The notes beneath the pieces are model-generated. The model saw nothing but the letters and a program-made list of their open reading frames with translations. It did not search any database and was not told where the DNA came from. From IMG/VR virus record IMGVR_UViG_3300042569_002633: 64,000 nt of DNA. One strand, given 5' to 3'. Position 1 is the first letter of the stretch, and each line of letters begins with the position of its first letter. The DNA comes from an uncultured virus (IMG/VR IMGVR_UViG_3300042569_002633) (Duplodnaviria; Heunggongvirae; Uroviricota; Caudoviricetes). The position numbers and the translations under genes were made by a program. Of the stretch, positions 1-9,109 are shown in pieces.

Positions 1-1061
1 CCATCGATAAAGTATCCCAAGTCCAATACATCGTCAGTAAAGTAATTTTCGAATCTTCTGATCTTCTTACCAGTCTTTCTCAGATGGATAACAAGATCAT
101 TCAAATCCCATTTTCTATTCTTTGTTATAGTGTGATCTTCCAAAAATTTTCCCCAGTTAAACACCTTAAATCCAGATGTGAGTAACTCTATAGATTTATT
201 AAGTCCAGCCTTATCCCAATCATACCAAAACCTAATATTCTCGACATCAAACGGAAATCTATTTTCAACCGAGCAAAGTCCGACTGAATTTTTCCAAAGC
301 CATGAATCCATCGGTCCTTCGAATATTGTTATATCCTCTCCGAAGTCAATTGTAGCGACATTAAAAACAGATGAGATAGGATCTATTTTTCGGCAGCCAT
401 CCAAGAATTCATTGTCCTTACAGAATAGAAGTTTTTCCCATATTCCACTTAGTTTATAAGTCAGATACTTGGATGATCCCTTTATGGAATTCATATTTCT
501 CAACTGAAGTCCAATTATTTTGTCTTCCTTGTTAAGATTGAAAAGGAATAGTTTTTCCTTCTTAGGATCCCATGCAAATCTATTATCTACAGACTGGTAT
601 CTCTTTCTTAGATATCTTTCTATAGGTTGGCCAGATACATCCTTTAAACCCAAGCTTTCCATAAATTGTGACCTCGGTATAATGAACTTGTTGATGTCAT
701 CTTCGAAGAACATGGAGATATCGGTAGAGCCTATTATCGGTCTTCTCTTATCCCTATTTTCATCTAGTATCTTCTTAATCTCAGAAACCTCGTCTCTGGA
801 TAATTTTCCATAAACACCAAATTCATTAAAGAAGGATAATGAGGATTTAAAAACTCCACATCCCCCATTATAGCATTTATAGGCCTGAGTGTCCATATAG
901 AAGTTACCTCTCTTCTTTCTGGCGTCATTAGAGTCTCCGCAATATGGGCACGAGAAATTAAGACGGTTTCCCGAAGGGTATATCCTCTGTTTACTAGGGG
1001 ATCCTGGGAATTCCCTACTGAGGACTTCCCTGACGAGTGATTCTATTTTACTAGGTTCCAT
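1..1061 (-). CDS. gp61: DNA primase, T4 gp61-like (3' end runs off the window; absent from the ORF track)
   Basis: Manual translation from ATG 1061 gives MEPSKIESLVREVL...RLNFSCPYCGDS...KKRGNFY...YKCYNGGC, a Zn-ribbon typical of T4-like primases. The frame is still open at the left edge (...LGYFID) and the gene is adjacent to SSB. Confidence 0.85.
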   Translation of the reverse strand, partial: MEPSKIESLVREVLSREFPGSPSKQRIYPSGNRLNFSCPYCGDSNDARKKRGNFYMDTQAYKCYNGGCGVFKSSLSFFNEFGVYGKLSRDEVSEIKKILDENRDKRRPIIGSTDISMFFEDDINKFIIPRSQFMESLGLKDVSGQPIERYLRKRYQSVDNRFAWDPKKEKLFLFNLNKEDKIIGLQLRNMNSIKGSSKYLTYKLSGIWEKLLFCKDNEFLDGCRKIDPISSVFNVATIDFGEDITIFEGPMDSWLWKNSVGLCSVENRFPFDVENIRFWYDWDKAGLNKSIELLTSGFKVFNWGKFLEDHTITKNRKWDLNDLVIHLRKTGKKIRRFENYFTDDVLDLGYFID

Positions 1062-1066
1062 TGGAC

Positions 1067-1100
1067 AAAAAACAACCGGAGAACTCAAGCTCCCCGGTTG
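1067..1100 (-). terminator. Rho-independent terminator after SSB
   Basis: Minus strand CAACCGGGGAGC-TTGA-GTTCTCCGGTTG hairpin followed by a T-run, just downstream of the SSB stop. Confidence 0.85.
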
Positions 1101-1115
1101 CTATTATTTTAAATC

Positions 1116-2108
1116 TTATAGATCTGCGTATAAATCTTCTAGTGAAGAAGATCCACCTGAACTCTTAGGTGTCTCAGATTTTAAGAAATCTGAATTTGGC
1201 TTCATAGAAGCTGAGTTTGTTGTTACCTCAGCATAGAAGTCGGAAGATTCGCTAGTAGCTTTGTCCTCTTTAAAAGGTGCTTTAGCTGGTCCTGATGAAG
1301 CATTAGAAGATGCATTGGATACACCGCTAACGATTTCATTGATAAGTCTTCCGTCTGGTACTGTGCTTCTGATGATGCCCATTACTTTTTCGGTTAAATT
1401 ATCGTCCCACTCCTTATATTCAAAAGATCCAAGATTCTGAGGACCGGTTTTCAAATACTCAAGAACACTGTTCATTCCCTCTTGTGTTTTCTCCATCTTG
1501 TTACCATCGATGGTGATTGGTCCTCTTTCGCCTACAAATTGACAAAGATCGTAGTTGTTCCATTCTCCAACTTTTCTAACGCTAACCCCGAAAAGTTTAC
1601 CGTCGAATAGGTCATATGGGTTGCATGGGTCACCATACTCTGGTTTTAATTGTGCCTCTACCATATCATTGATCTTCTTACCAAATTTCCAGATCATTAT
1701 TTTACCCTCTAATTCAGGTCTATTCTTATCCTGTACTACTTGTACTAAGGAATAATAGTCTTCCTTTCTAGAGAATTTCTTAGCCAACTCCTGATCTGCA
1801 GCAGAGTGAGAGTTCTTAAGCTTCCAGAAGATGTCTTTTAAAATAGACTTCTTACCAACTGTAGATGGGCAGTCTACAGAAAAGCCGTCTCCGCTTTGTG
1901 GGTCGTTCAAATACACATAGTATTTATGGACCTTAGATTTCTTAGGATCTGCAGGATTTGGTACGAAGCGAATAAGTGCTTTATACACACCGTCCTTACC
2001 ATCCTCGGGGTACGGCTTGTAAAATTCCAAATCCTTAGATTCTCCAGATTTTGTCTTGGTTACGAACATGTCGCCATCAAGATTGAAAATGTCATTCAAG
2101 TTACTCAT
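1116..2108 (-). CDS. gp32: single-stranded DNA-binding protein, T4 gp32-like
   Basis: ALIRFVP, CPSTVG, EGKIMIWKFGKKI, NPYDLFDG and WNNYD motifs, plus a low-complexity tail ending in acidic SLEDLYADL. Confidence 0.9.
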   Translation of the reverse strand: MSNLNDIFNLDGDMFVTKTKSGESKDLEFYKPYPEDGKDGVYKALIRFVPNPADPKKSKVHKYYVYLNDPQSGDGFSVDCPSTVGKKSILKDIFWKLKNSHSAADQELAKKFSRKEDYYSLVQVVQDKNRPELEGKIMIWKFGKKINDMVEAQLKPEYGDPCNPYDLFDGKLFGVSVRKVGEWNNYDLCQFVGERGPITIDGNKMEKTQEGMNSVLEYLKTGPQNLGSFEYKEWDDNLTEKVMGIIRSTVPDGRLINEIVSGVSNASSNASSGPAKAPFKEDKATSESSDFYAEVTTNSASMKPNSDFLKSETPKSSGGSSSLEDLYADL

Positions 2109-2260
2109 AATTTTTAATTGTTTTTTTTATTTAAGTTTAATTACTTACTTTTGTTTCGTGGCTTTTGCAAAGGACAGTAATAATTTGGCCCATTCTAGAT
2201 GGGTTTCCCAAATTTAATAAGTCGCTATTGATTTTAGATACAGCTGCAGAACGCTGCTGA

Positions 2261-2983
2261 TCAGGCTTTAGCCAGTTTCTTTTTTTTGCTCTTAGTTTTC
2301 TCCAAATTTTTCTCATTTTTACCTTCTAATATTTCTCTTAAGTATAATAAAATCCAAGTTGCATCTACTAAATCATCAACCGGCTTATTCACAGCTTTCG
2401 CTCCTGTAACCCATTCAGATTTGTTATCTGCTAGTATTCTACAAAAATTATCCAAGTTTGTTCCGTCTTTTTCTCTAGTACTCAAAGCATCATATAATTC
2501 ATCCTTCTTAGCATTACCCTTTAAAGCGAATTTTTTTATAGACGTAGGAGAGAAAACGTAGAAATTATCGCTTCCTATGTGGCTGCATATTCTTTCTCTT
2601 AATAGCGCTGTAGCCATTGATATATCGATCAATGCATTACCATTAGAGGAAAAACTAAGTCCCTCCATAGCTATCTTAACCTCTTCCCCTTTATTGTCTA
2701 TTATGTCACAGATGCCATTCCATAAAGTCAGAACAACATCCAGGAAATAGTCGATCTTTATTCTTTCCCTTTCCGAATATTCATCAGGAATAGGTTTTCT
2801 ATCTAGGAACTCTATTCTGAAATCGGAACTAGCTGATAGAACAGCATAAGGCTTCTTTGCGTTCTTCAAAAGGGAATCACGGTCTCTGTCAGACCTAGTG
2901 ATTGATCCCCAATGGTACTTACCATCGGCTAACACACAAAAAGCAGGTGAGTTTAAGGAAAAGTCTATTCCTACTAGAATCAT
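2261..2983 (-). CDS. RuvC-like (RNase H fold) Holliday junction resolvase/nuclease
   Basis: N-terminal VGIDFS, IAMEG, PTSIKKFA..GNAKK and DDLVDA match the RuvC catalytic D/E/D pattern. Confidence 0.75.
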   Translation of the reverse strand: MILVGIDFSLNSPAFCVLADGKYHWGSITRSDRDRDSLLKNAKKPYAVLSASSDFRIEFLDRKPIPDEYSERERIKIDYFLDVVLTLWNGICDIIDNKGEEVKIAMEGLSFSSNGNALIDISMATALLRERICSHIGSDNFYVFSPTSIKKFALKGNAKKDELYDALSTREKDGTNLDNFCRILADNKSEWVTGAKAVNKPVDDLVDATWILLYLREILEGKNEKNLEKTKSKKKKLAKA

Positions 2984-2986
2984 AAA

Positions 2987-3229
2987 TTAGGCTCTTGACT
3001 TCAACTCAACTCTTTGTCCAGCTGCGCCAGTGTATCCATAAACCTTAATGAGCTTATTGTAGCACTTCTTCATTTGATCCTCTGTTAGACAATTTACAAT
3101 GTCAATCAAAACTCTTTGATCATTTCCAGAAGCTGCTACAAGCAGATCCATCATGTTTTCTTTGGAGTTTATAAGGGGTTGTGCAAACTCCATTTCGTTT
3201 AATTCCTTAACTGTTGAAAATTTCTTCAT
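2987..3229 (-). CDS. small hypothetical protein, possible internal head protein
   Basis: 80-aa ORF behind a late promoter motif; N-terminus MKKFSTVKELNE resembles a capsid-targeting/protease site. Confidence 0.6.
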   Translation of the reverse strand: MKKFSTVKELNEMEFAQPLINSKENMMDLLVAASGNDQRVLIDIVNCLTEDQMKKCYNKLIKVYGYTGAAGQRVELKSRA

Positions 3230-3249
3230 CTTGTTTAAATTTCTTTATG

Positions 3250-3257
3250 TATATATC
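3250..3257 (-). promoter_or_regulatory. putative late promoter GATATATA
   Basis: Recurrent intergenic octamer resembling the T4 late promoter TATAAATA; 20 nt upstream of ATG 3229. Confidence 0.65.
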
Positions 3258-3813
3258 AAACTCCCTCTTTGGCTTCCAGATGTATCTCAATGAAGTTACA
3301 GGAGAAGTTAAGTGTAAAAGTTTGGACCTCCGGAGAGTTTTGTGTATAGCCTAATGTGAGGTTAGAGATGGCTGTAAGAATAGTATTCTTGAAACCCACG
3401 GTAGATATTATATTACCACTATTATCCATCAATCTGATACTCAGATCATAGTCATACTGTATTGGATTTTTAAAATCAAGAAACCAAAGCAATGTGTCCA
3501 TCATAACTAAATAGTTAATATAGCCATCGAGGAGTTTGAACGAAACAGTGAAATCCTGTGTAAATAAATCCTGTATTGGAACGGATCCCTTATATCTTTG
3601 CTTCTTACCAAGATATCTTGTCTGCTCCACGGTACCAGACTGTAGCTCCGGAAAGGTTATGGATTGTATCGTACTATTCATCATTTGTGCAATAGTATCG
3701 TACGGAATGGGTTGCTTCCTTAAATAAGGAAGGTATTTATTAGTTACACTCTCCGGAAAAAATCCTTTCGGAAAGACGAAGTAAAAATTACTACCTTTGG
3801 AATTAAGAATCAT
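3256..3813 (-). CDS. gp3: tail tube terminator/completion protein, T4 gp3-like
   Basis: TIQSITFP...FTVSFKLLD...LSIRLMDNS...VGFKNTILTAISNLTLGY parallels the gp3/tail-tube fold pattern; 185 aa. Confidence 0.6.
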   Translation of the reverse strand: MILNSKGSNFYFVFPKGFFPESVTNKYLPYLRKQPIPYDTIAQMMNSTIQSITFPELQSGTVEQTRYLGKKQRYKGSVPIQDLFTQDFTVSFKLLDGYINYLVMMDTLLWFLDFKNPIQYDYDLSIRLMDNSGNIISTVGFKNTILTAISNLTLGYTQNSPEVQTFTLNFSCNFIEIHLEAKEGV

Positions 3814-3819
3814 CTATCC

Positions 3820-4428
3820 TTATTTATTTTTTTGAGTTAAAAGAGAACTAACATTAATTATAGTCCCCGCAGCCTGAATAAACAAAGCAGTGGTCAATCC
3901 TGGGAATTGCTTATACCCAAGATTCCCGGGGGTTAGAAAATATGTTATTATAGCAGCATCAGTCCATCCAGTGGACTTAAAAGCGCTAACTATACCTGAT
4001 ACACCTTGAACAAGCTCAGCGTTTGTGAAAGCAGCTGCTGCTGCTTTTGTTTGTGTCTTCGTGAGGTTATTTTCACTTGTGCCGGTTAAGCCAGCTTGCG
4101 GTCCTATGCTATAAAGGAACGATCCCGCTGAAGTTGCTTGCTGTAGTAATTCCTGAGGACTAGACACAGTGGTTTCCCTCTGTGCTGCTGCAGGTCCTGT
4201 TGCTGCTGTCACTCCGATCTGTGTCGATTCACTTACGATAGCAGAACCGGGAATAGTATAAGTTGTTCCTGTTGGCTTCCAGTAACCCCAATACACAACG
4301 GATATTGGCAGATTGCTAGAAGCATCAGGACGTGTAGAAACCACCTGTGGAGTTGACCTTCCGCCAACAACAGAATACTGAGATTGTCTTCTAGCGGGGA
4401 TTCCGTTCTGATTTCTTGATGATGCCAT
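3820..4428 (-). CDS. hypothetical virion-associated protein (Ala/Thr/Ser-rich)
   Basis: 202-aa ORF in the structural operon; contains GxTG-type motifs. Confidence 0.55.
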   Translation of the reverse strand: MASSRNQNGIPARRQSQYSVVGGRSTPQVVSTRPDASSNLPISVVYWGYWKPTGTTYTIPGSAIVSESTQIGVTAATGPAAAQRETTVSSPQELLQQATSAGSFLYSIGPQAGLTGTSENNLTKTQTKAAAAAFTNAELVQGVSGIVSAFKSTGWTDAAIITYFLTPGNLGYKQFPGLTTALFIQAAGTIINVSSLLTQKNK

Positions 4429-4439
4429 TTCTAAATTTA

Positions 4440-6224
4440 TTATGTATTTCTAGTAACTGTAACGTTCACATTAGGATTTGACTGTACGCTGGTTACACTA
4501 CTAACCCGATCACCACCTTGAGTTATGAAGAATCTTCGATCCCTCAGCTGAAGTATGGTGCCAGATATAGAATCGTCCATTCTGAAAGCTACCTCACCCT
4601 TAGATGGGTTAGCTAGATTTTTGTCCTGTAAAGAAGCAACGTACAGTTTCTTTCCGGTGTTATCTATAAACACCATCTTATAATTACTAGTGTCACCTAG
4701 ATCTATCTCAACAGGAGCACCATCGGATCCGCTCTTATACATCTTGAACTTATAGTAGTTGTCAAATGGTGTTACATCTACAACCAATCTACCAGAAGGC
4801 TGCGCAATGTTTGGTGCAGCAGACGTATCGTTCTGTATAGATCCATCACGGATAATAAGAGGGATGTTTGTAGTTGATATGTTGCTGTAGTTAATAAAAA
4901 GATTATTCGTTCTAACTACCTCTGTTGGAGTTGGATTTGATTGTCCAGGAATATTAAGTGCCGCTTGATTATAGACCTTGTTATAGATCTTCATAACCTG
5001 CGGAAAAGTATTTAGCTGTATTGGGGAAATATTTGGACCCCATTGACCCGGATTATTCGACGTATATGTTCCAATTCTAACCACACGTGAATTATCAACA
5101 GTGTTTACGAGAGACATTGTGTATCTGAGGGTGAAGCTTGCAGCCACCGCAGAATTTCTAACTATAGGTCGATAGAAATTAGGAACGTCATACCCCGTTG
5201 TCTGTATTGTCTGGAAAGTATTTGTAGTAATAATCGCAACACCAATTTGTTCTAGTGTTTCTATTTGGTGATTGATGTAGTAATTATTTCCTATTGAATT
5301 TTGGAAAAGTATAAAATCCTCTACAAATCCCTCATTGTCTGTTGCAAAATATTCAAAAAATTGTCCCGAAGTAGATTCCTTAATAACAGCTCCTATATTA
5401 GAAAAAGGATCCTCACTCTCTAGTGAGAGAGCGGAAATTAATTCAGAATCGTATCTCTCGTATCCTAGATAATCAGATTTGCTAACTACACTCCAAACCT
5501 CTATCCTAATGGGAGAAGCGTATACGTATCCCCTTCCACTTTGACTGGTTAGAGCTGCAAGTGTTTGGCTTTTGAAAGAGGAAGCAGCCGCCTGATATTT
5601 ATTGTTCATATCAACCAAACTAGGAACTTTCACCTCGAGATATCTATCATAGATATTAGCCCCTATCTTAAGTGGACTAGGGTTAAGAGTATAAGATTGC
5701 TGAGTCCCCTTCTGTATAAGTGCTTGTGAGAATGTCACAAATGTTTGATTGACGTCCTGATATTTTACACTTAAGATAACACCATCTATATTAGATAGGT
5801 TATAGCCGGCAACTATATGGTATCTTATAGAATCATAGACAACCTCTATGTTACCAGGAAACGTAATTTCCAATTCGTTAGTTGGAGTTAGCTCATCAGA
5901 GAAATCGTTGAATGGTATGATCAATCCGGGATCTAATGTAACAAAGGAGTTGGTCGAGATCTGTACAACGCTATTCTCACCAGTGTTGTGTGTCACTGGA
6001 TAATTAGAATCCAGGTTATAGATCTGGTTAGTTGGAACTATAGACGAGTTATTTACAATGGCTGTAATGTATCCATTCACCATCTTATTGTATCCCACCG
6101 TTACAGTGCCTGTGTTTACTGGATACGTCTCAGGATTTGGTTGATCCGCATACATCCACTCCATTAGTAGGTATGGTGTAAGCTGAACGAATTTAGATGT
6201 TGTACTATAAGCCACTTTAATCAA
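4440..6224 (-). CDS. hypothetical virion structural protein (start possibly GTG 6215)
   Basis: 594-aa beta-rich ORF in the tail/baseplate region. Confidence 0.6.
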   Translation of the reverse strand: MIKVAYSTTSKFVQLTPYLLMEWMYADQPNPETYPVNTGTVTVGYNKMVNGYITAIVNNSSIVPTNQIYNLDSNYPVTHNTGENSVVQISTNSFVTLDPGLIIPFNDFSDELTPTNELEITFPGNIEVVYDSIRYHIVAGYNLSNIDGVILSVKYQDVNQTFVTFSQALIQKGTQQSYTLNPSPLKIGANIYDRYLEVKVPSLVDMNNKYQAAASSFKSQTLAALTSQSGRGYVYASPIRIEVWSVVSKSDYLGYERYDSELISALSLESEDPFSNIGAVIKESTSGQFFEYFATDNEGFVEDFILFQNSIGNNYYINHQIETLEQIGVAIITTNTFQTIQTTGYDVPNFYRPIVRNSAVAASFTLRYTMSLVNTVDNSRVVRIGTYTSNNPGQWGPNISPIQLNTFPQVMKIYNKVYNQAALNIPGQSNPTPTEVVRTNNLFINYSNISTTNIPLIIRDGSIQNDTSAAPNIAQPSGRLVVDVTPFDNYYKFKMYKSGSDGAPVEIDLGDTSNYKMVFIDNTGKKLYVASLQDKNLANPSKGEVAFRMDDSISGTILQLRDRRFFITQGGDRVSSVTSVQSNPNVNVTVTRNT

Positions 6225-6227
6225 TTA

Positions 6228-7091
6228 TTATTTAAAACCGTCTGTTTGCAAAAATTTTGGGGAGAAGTGAAATCCCGCACCAATATAAACACCAGGTGAA
6301 ATGCCACCTGCACCTACAACATAACCAAATCCCATATTTAACCCAAGGCCAAATCTCTTTCTTTCCTGCATTAAAGTTTTTCTATTCTCGGGGGTATCTT
6401 TTATTTGGAATGAGTTAATGTCGCTAAAGGTTATACCAGGATAGTCCGTGGATACCCTCGTCATTAGTCTTTTAGTTTTAGGATCTCTGTAAAGTCCAGA
6501 CACAATGGATATTTGCTGTTCTATGTTAATCTCTGCGGGGTTGGTAATTAAATTAGCACTTACAATCTTAGGGTCGGTCTCGTCTTGATTTATCTTAATT
6601 TCATATGGAATCTTACCAGAGATCTTCAATGAATTCTGACCAGGCAGTGTTGGATTGTGTGTAAAGCTTACATACTCCTGACCTGTCTGATCTTTATGTA
6701 CCTTAGTTGGTACGTCTCTAAAAACATCAATATATTTAACAACAGTCTGTATTACAACCTCTGGTGTTTTTTTCTTAGATAAATCTAGCTTCTCTATTAG
6801 CTCTTTATTGTCCTCAGATAATTCAGACATCTTTAGTTCGTAAGCAGATTTCTCATTAACCAGGTTGCCATTCTTATTGGAAATAAATCTCACTGAATCC
6901 TGTGAGGCCAATAAATTATTATGCTCTCTTTTTACTTCAGCTTCCATTCTATCACTTACGTTGCATTGTCTAAGAAGCAGCAAAGCTAAAATAACAGCTG
7001 CTATGGCAAAACCATTCCTTTTAAGAAACGAATAGGATTTTTCCTTTATTGTTTCCTCGTTATCCTTGATAACTTGCTTCAGATTTTTCAT
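6228..7091 (-). CDS. membrane protein, candidate spanin/Rz-like lysis protein
   Basis: Hydrophobic segment FAIAAVILALLLLRQC, then a coiled coil, and a C-terminal Gly/aromatic beta-hairpin FGLGLNMGFGY...PGVYIGAGFHF. Confidence 0.5.
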   Translation of the reverse strand: MKNLKQVIKDNEETIKEKSYSFLKRNGFAIAAVILALLLLRQCNVSDRMEAEVKREHNNLLASQDSVRFISNKNGNLVNEKSAYELKMSELSEDNKELIEKLDLSKKKTPEVVIQTVVKYIDVFRDVPTKVHKDQTGQEYVSFTHNPTLPGQNSLKISGKIPYEIKINQDETDPKIVSANLITNPAEINIEQQISIVSGLYRDPKTKRLMTRVSTDYPGITFSDINSFQIKDTPENRKTLMQERKRFGLGLNMGFGYVVGAGGISPGVYIGAGFHFSPKFLQTDGFK

Positions 7092-7338
7092 TTTCTTCTA
7101 TTTTTTTCCACTTCAAAGAGAAGATGTCAATTTGTCCCTTTCCGTATTTTTCAGAAAGCTGATCTAGAAAATTTAATTCATCTGATCTTTTTCCCTCTAA
7201 ATCCTTAATGAGTATCTCAGTTTTTTCTGAGAAATCCTTCATCATTTTCTCTATCTCACCTATTTCAGAATGCAATTTCTTATAGGTTCTAGATAGATCA
7301 AGTACATAATCTCTTTCATCTTTTGTTAAATCAATCAT
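7060..7338 (-). CDS. small coiled-coil hypothetical protein
   Basis: 92-aa helical ORF ending KYGKGQIDI; overlaps the next gene. Confidence 0.6.
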   Translation of the reverse strand: MIDLTKDERDYVLDLSRTYKKLHSEIGEIEKMMKDFSEKTEILIKDLEGKRSDELNFLDQLSEKYGKGQIDIFSLKWKKIEENEKSEASYQG

Positions 7339-7372
7339 ATTTATCTATAGTTTAAAAGTATCACATTTTATA

Positions 7373-9100
7373 TTAAGGGAAGCTTAATAGAGCTGCTGGG
7401 GGTTCACCAGAAAGAATCGTAACTTTTGATGTATAGTTTGTTATTCTTAAAGGATAGCTTTGTCCTGAGCATGTTTTCACATAAGCCATGACCTGATTGC
7501 TATTGTTATAATGATACATTATATCAAAGTAATAGCAGGGTGTTCCAAAAGTAACAAATTGCTGCTGATATGTAGACTGTGTCGTTCCAGATATGTTTGT
7601 TAATTGATCCCACACTACGCCGACTATCTTTCGGTTAGCGTTTGTAAAACTACCATAGTCAAGAAATACTCTGAATTCATTAACATAAGAGGAGCCGTAT
7701 AAAGGGTAGCCCTCCGGTTGCTGTGGATTTGTTACTGTACTTGGTATTTTTACATAAACCAAATTCCCCCCTCGCCACGATGTGAGTAAAGTGAAAGTTA
7801 CAGTATCCGTGTAAAAATTAGAAACGGAAGAAACGTCAGCGAAATATCTTAAATTTGCAGGTAAGGTATTAGCTGCGATATAAAAACTTCCAGACTGAGC
7901 TGCAATCGAGGTGTTACCTACAACATGATATGAGAAAGGTCCTGTAGGTCCTGTTGGAACACCGGATGTCCATATATTATAAGAGGTGTAGCCATCACCA
8001 GTGGCTCCAAATACTGCTCTGGATCTAACATCCCTGTATGTAACATCTGTTATCGGATCGACCTCATCCAGTATAGCAGTTGATTGTTCAATACTGAAAA
8101 CCTGTCTCCATACTGAAGAAGGCGGATTCTGAATCTCCGATTGAGATTGTGTTGTATAGAAGCTAGATATCGCATTACTAGAAGTCGCTCCCCTGCTTAT
8201 AACTACACCCTCTTTTCTGCTCGCTACAGAAGCTGCAGGCTCTATGTTTACAGCTCCGTACACATACGTTTCCATTGATGCATTTAATTGGCTGCTTGTG
8301 AGCTGATAATTATTGGTCTGTATTTGTAGACTTCCGGTAGAAGAGAAAGTAACAGATGACATCGTAATATCATTATAAGCATTAAAATGTGCTCTCTGAG
8401 CAGACATATTAGCGTATCCTGAATACTGCGGATAGATTAGTAGTGATCCGCTATTAGACAATACATTGAAATCGTAATTACTATTGAAATTTACCCTAGT
8501 ATTATTCCCCGCTTGAGCCCAGTAGAAAGATGGCTGAGAAGTAGATGAGCTATTGGATTTGCGGAAAGAAAAAACAGGTGTAGTTACCTGATCATTCGTA
8601 CTCACCAAAAGCTTTGAATAGTTAGGATTTATGTAGCTGGATGAGTTCTCGCCGTCTGAAATAACCAATGACTTTGTATTCTGATCAGGATCTGTAAAAT
8701 AGATCGCCGAATATTCGGTTGGGGCTGAAAAAGTAGGGATATCGTTTTTAACTTTAAAGAACTGTGATTCTATTAAGGATATCCCTGTACTTTGCCAGTT
8801 AGATCCATCATATTGATAGATGCTGCCATTACCGGTTACACCCTGATCTATCCACTGGTCATATTCATTGGCATTAGAAGGCGGAATGACACTAAGCGTC
8901 CATTCGGATGCTCTCTGTCCACTTACACCAGTAGCACCAAGTTGACCAGCTCCACCTGGATATCCTGTTGGACCTATTACTCCAGATCTGCCATAAGGGC
9001 CAGATGAGAAAGATATAATCTGAGAAAAGTTCTCGTTTATCTTGTCTACTATGAGATCCTTAGTGTCTCCGGTGAATATTTGCTTATTACTAAATCTCAT
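7373..9100 (-). CDS. tail fibre-like protein with short collagen-like segment (paralog 3)
   Basis: KINENFSQI, then a Gly-X-Y run ending GQRASEW, then a DQWID motif; shared with the two upstream paralogs. Confidence 0.65.
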   Translation of the reverse strand: MRFSNKQIFTGDTKDLIVDKINENFSQIISFSSGPYGRSGVIGPTGYPGGAGQLGATGVSGQRASEWTLSVIPPSNANEYDQWIDQGVTGNGSIYQYDGSNWQSTGISLIESQFFKVKNDIPTFSAPTEYSAIYFTDPDQNTKSLVISDGENSSSYINPNYSKLLVSTNDQVTTPVFSFRKSNSSSTSQPSFYWAQAGNNTRVNFNSNYDFNVLSNSGSLLIYPQYSGYANMSAQRAHFNAYNDITMSSVTFSSTGSLQIQTNNYQLTSSQLNASMETYVYGAVNIEPAASVASRKEGVVISRGATSSNAISSFYTTQSQSEIQNPPSSVWRQVFSIEQSTAILDEVDPITDVTYRDVRSRAVFGATGDGYTSYNIWTSGVPTGPTGPFSYHVVGNTSIAAQSGSFYIAANTLPANLRYFADVSSVSNFYTDTVTFTLLTSWRGGNLVYVKIPSTVTNPQQPEGYPLYGSSYVNEFRVFLDYGSFTNANRKIVGVVWDQLTNISGTTQSTYQQQFVTFGTPCYYFDIMYHYNNSNQVMAYVKTCSGQSYPLRITNYTSKVTILSGEPPAALLSFP

Positions 9101-9109
9101 TTTATTTTT

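Noticed and set aside
2261..2983. RuvC-like ORF as a Cas12/TnpB effector or transposase
   Set aside because: It is only 240 aa with an uninterrupted resolvase-type motif order, no Zn ribbon, no array or IS ends, and it sits beside SSB and primase.
7338..7345. GATAAATA late promoter before the 92-aa gene
   Set aside because: It overlaps the start codon itself, so it cannot drive this gene from that ATG; it is left unassigned.
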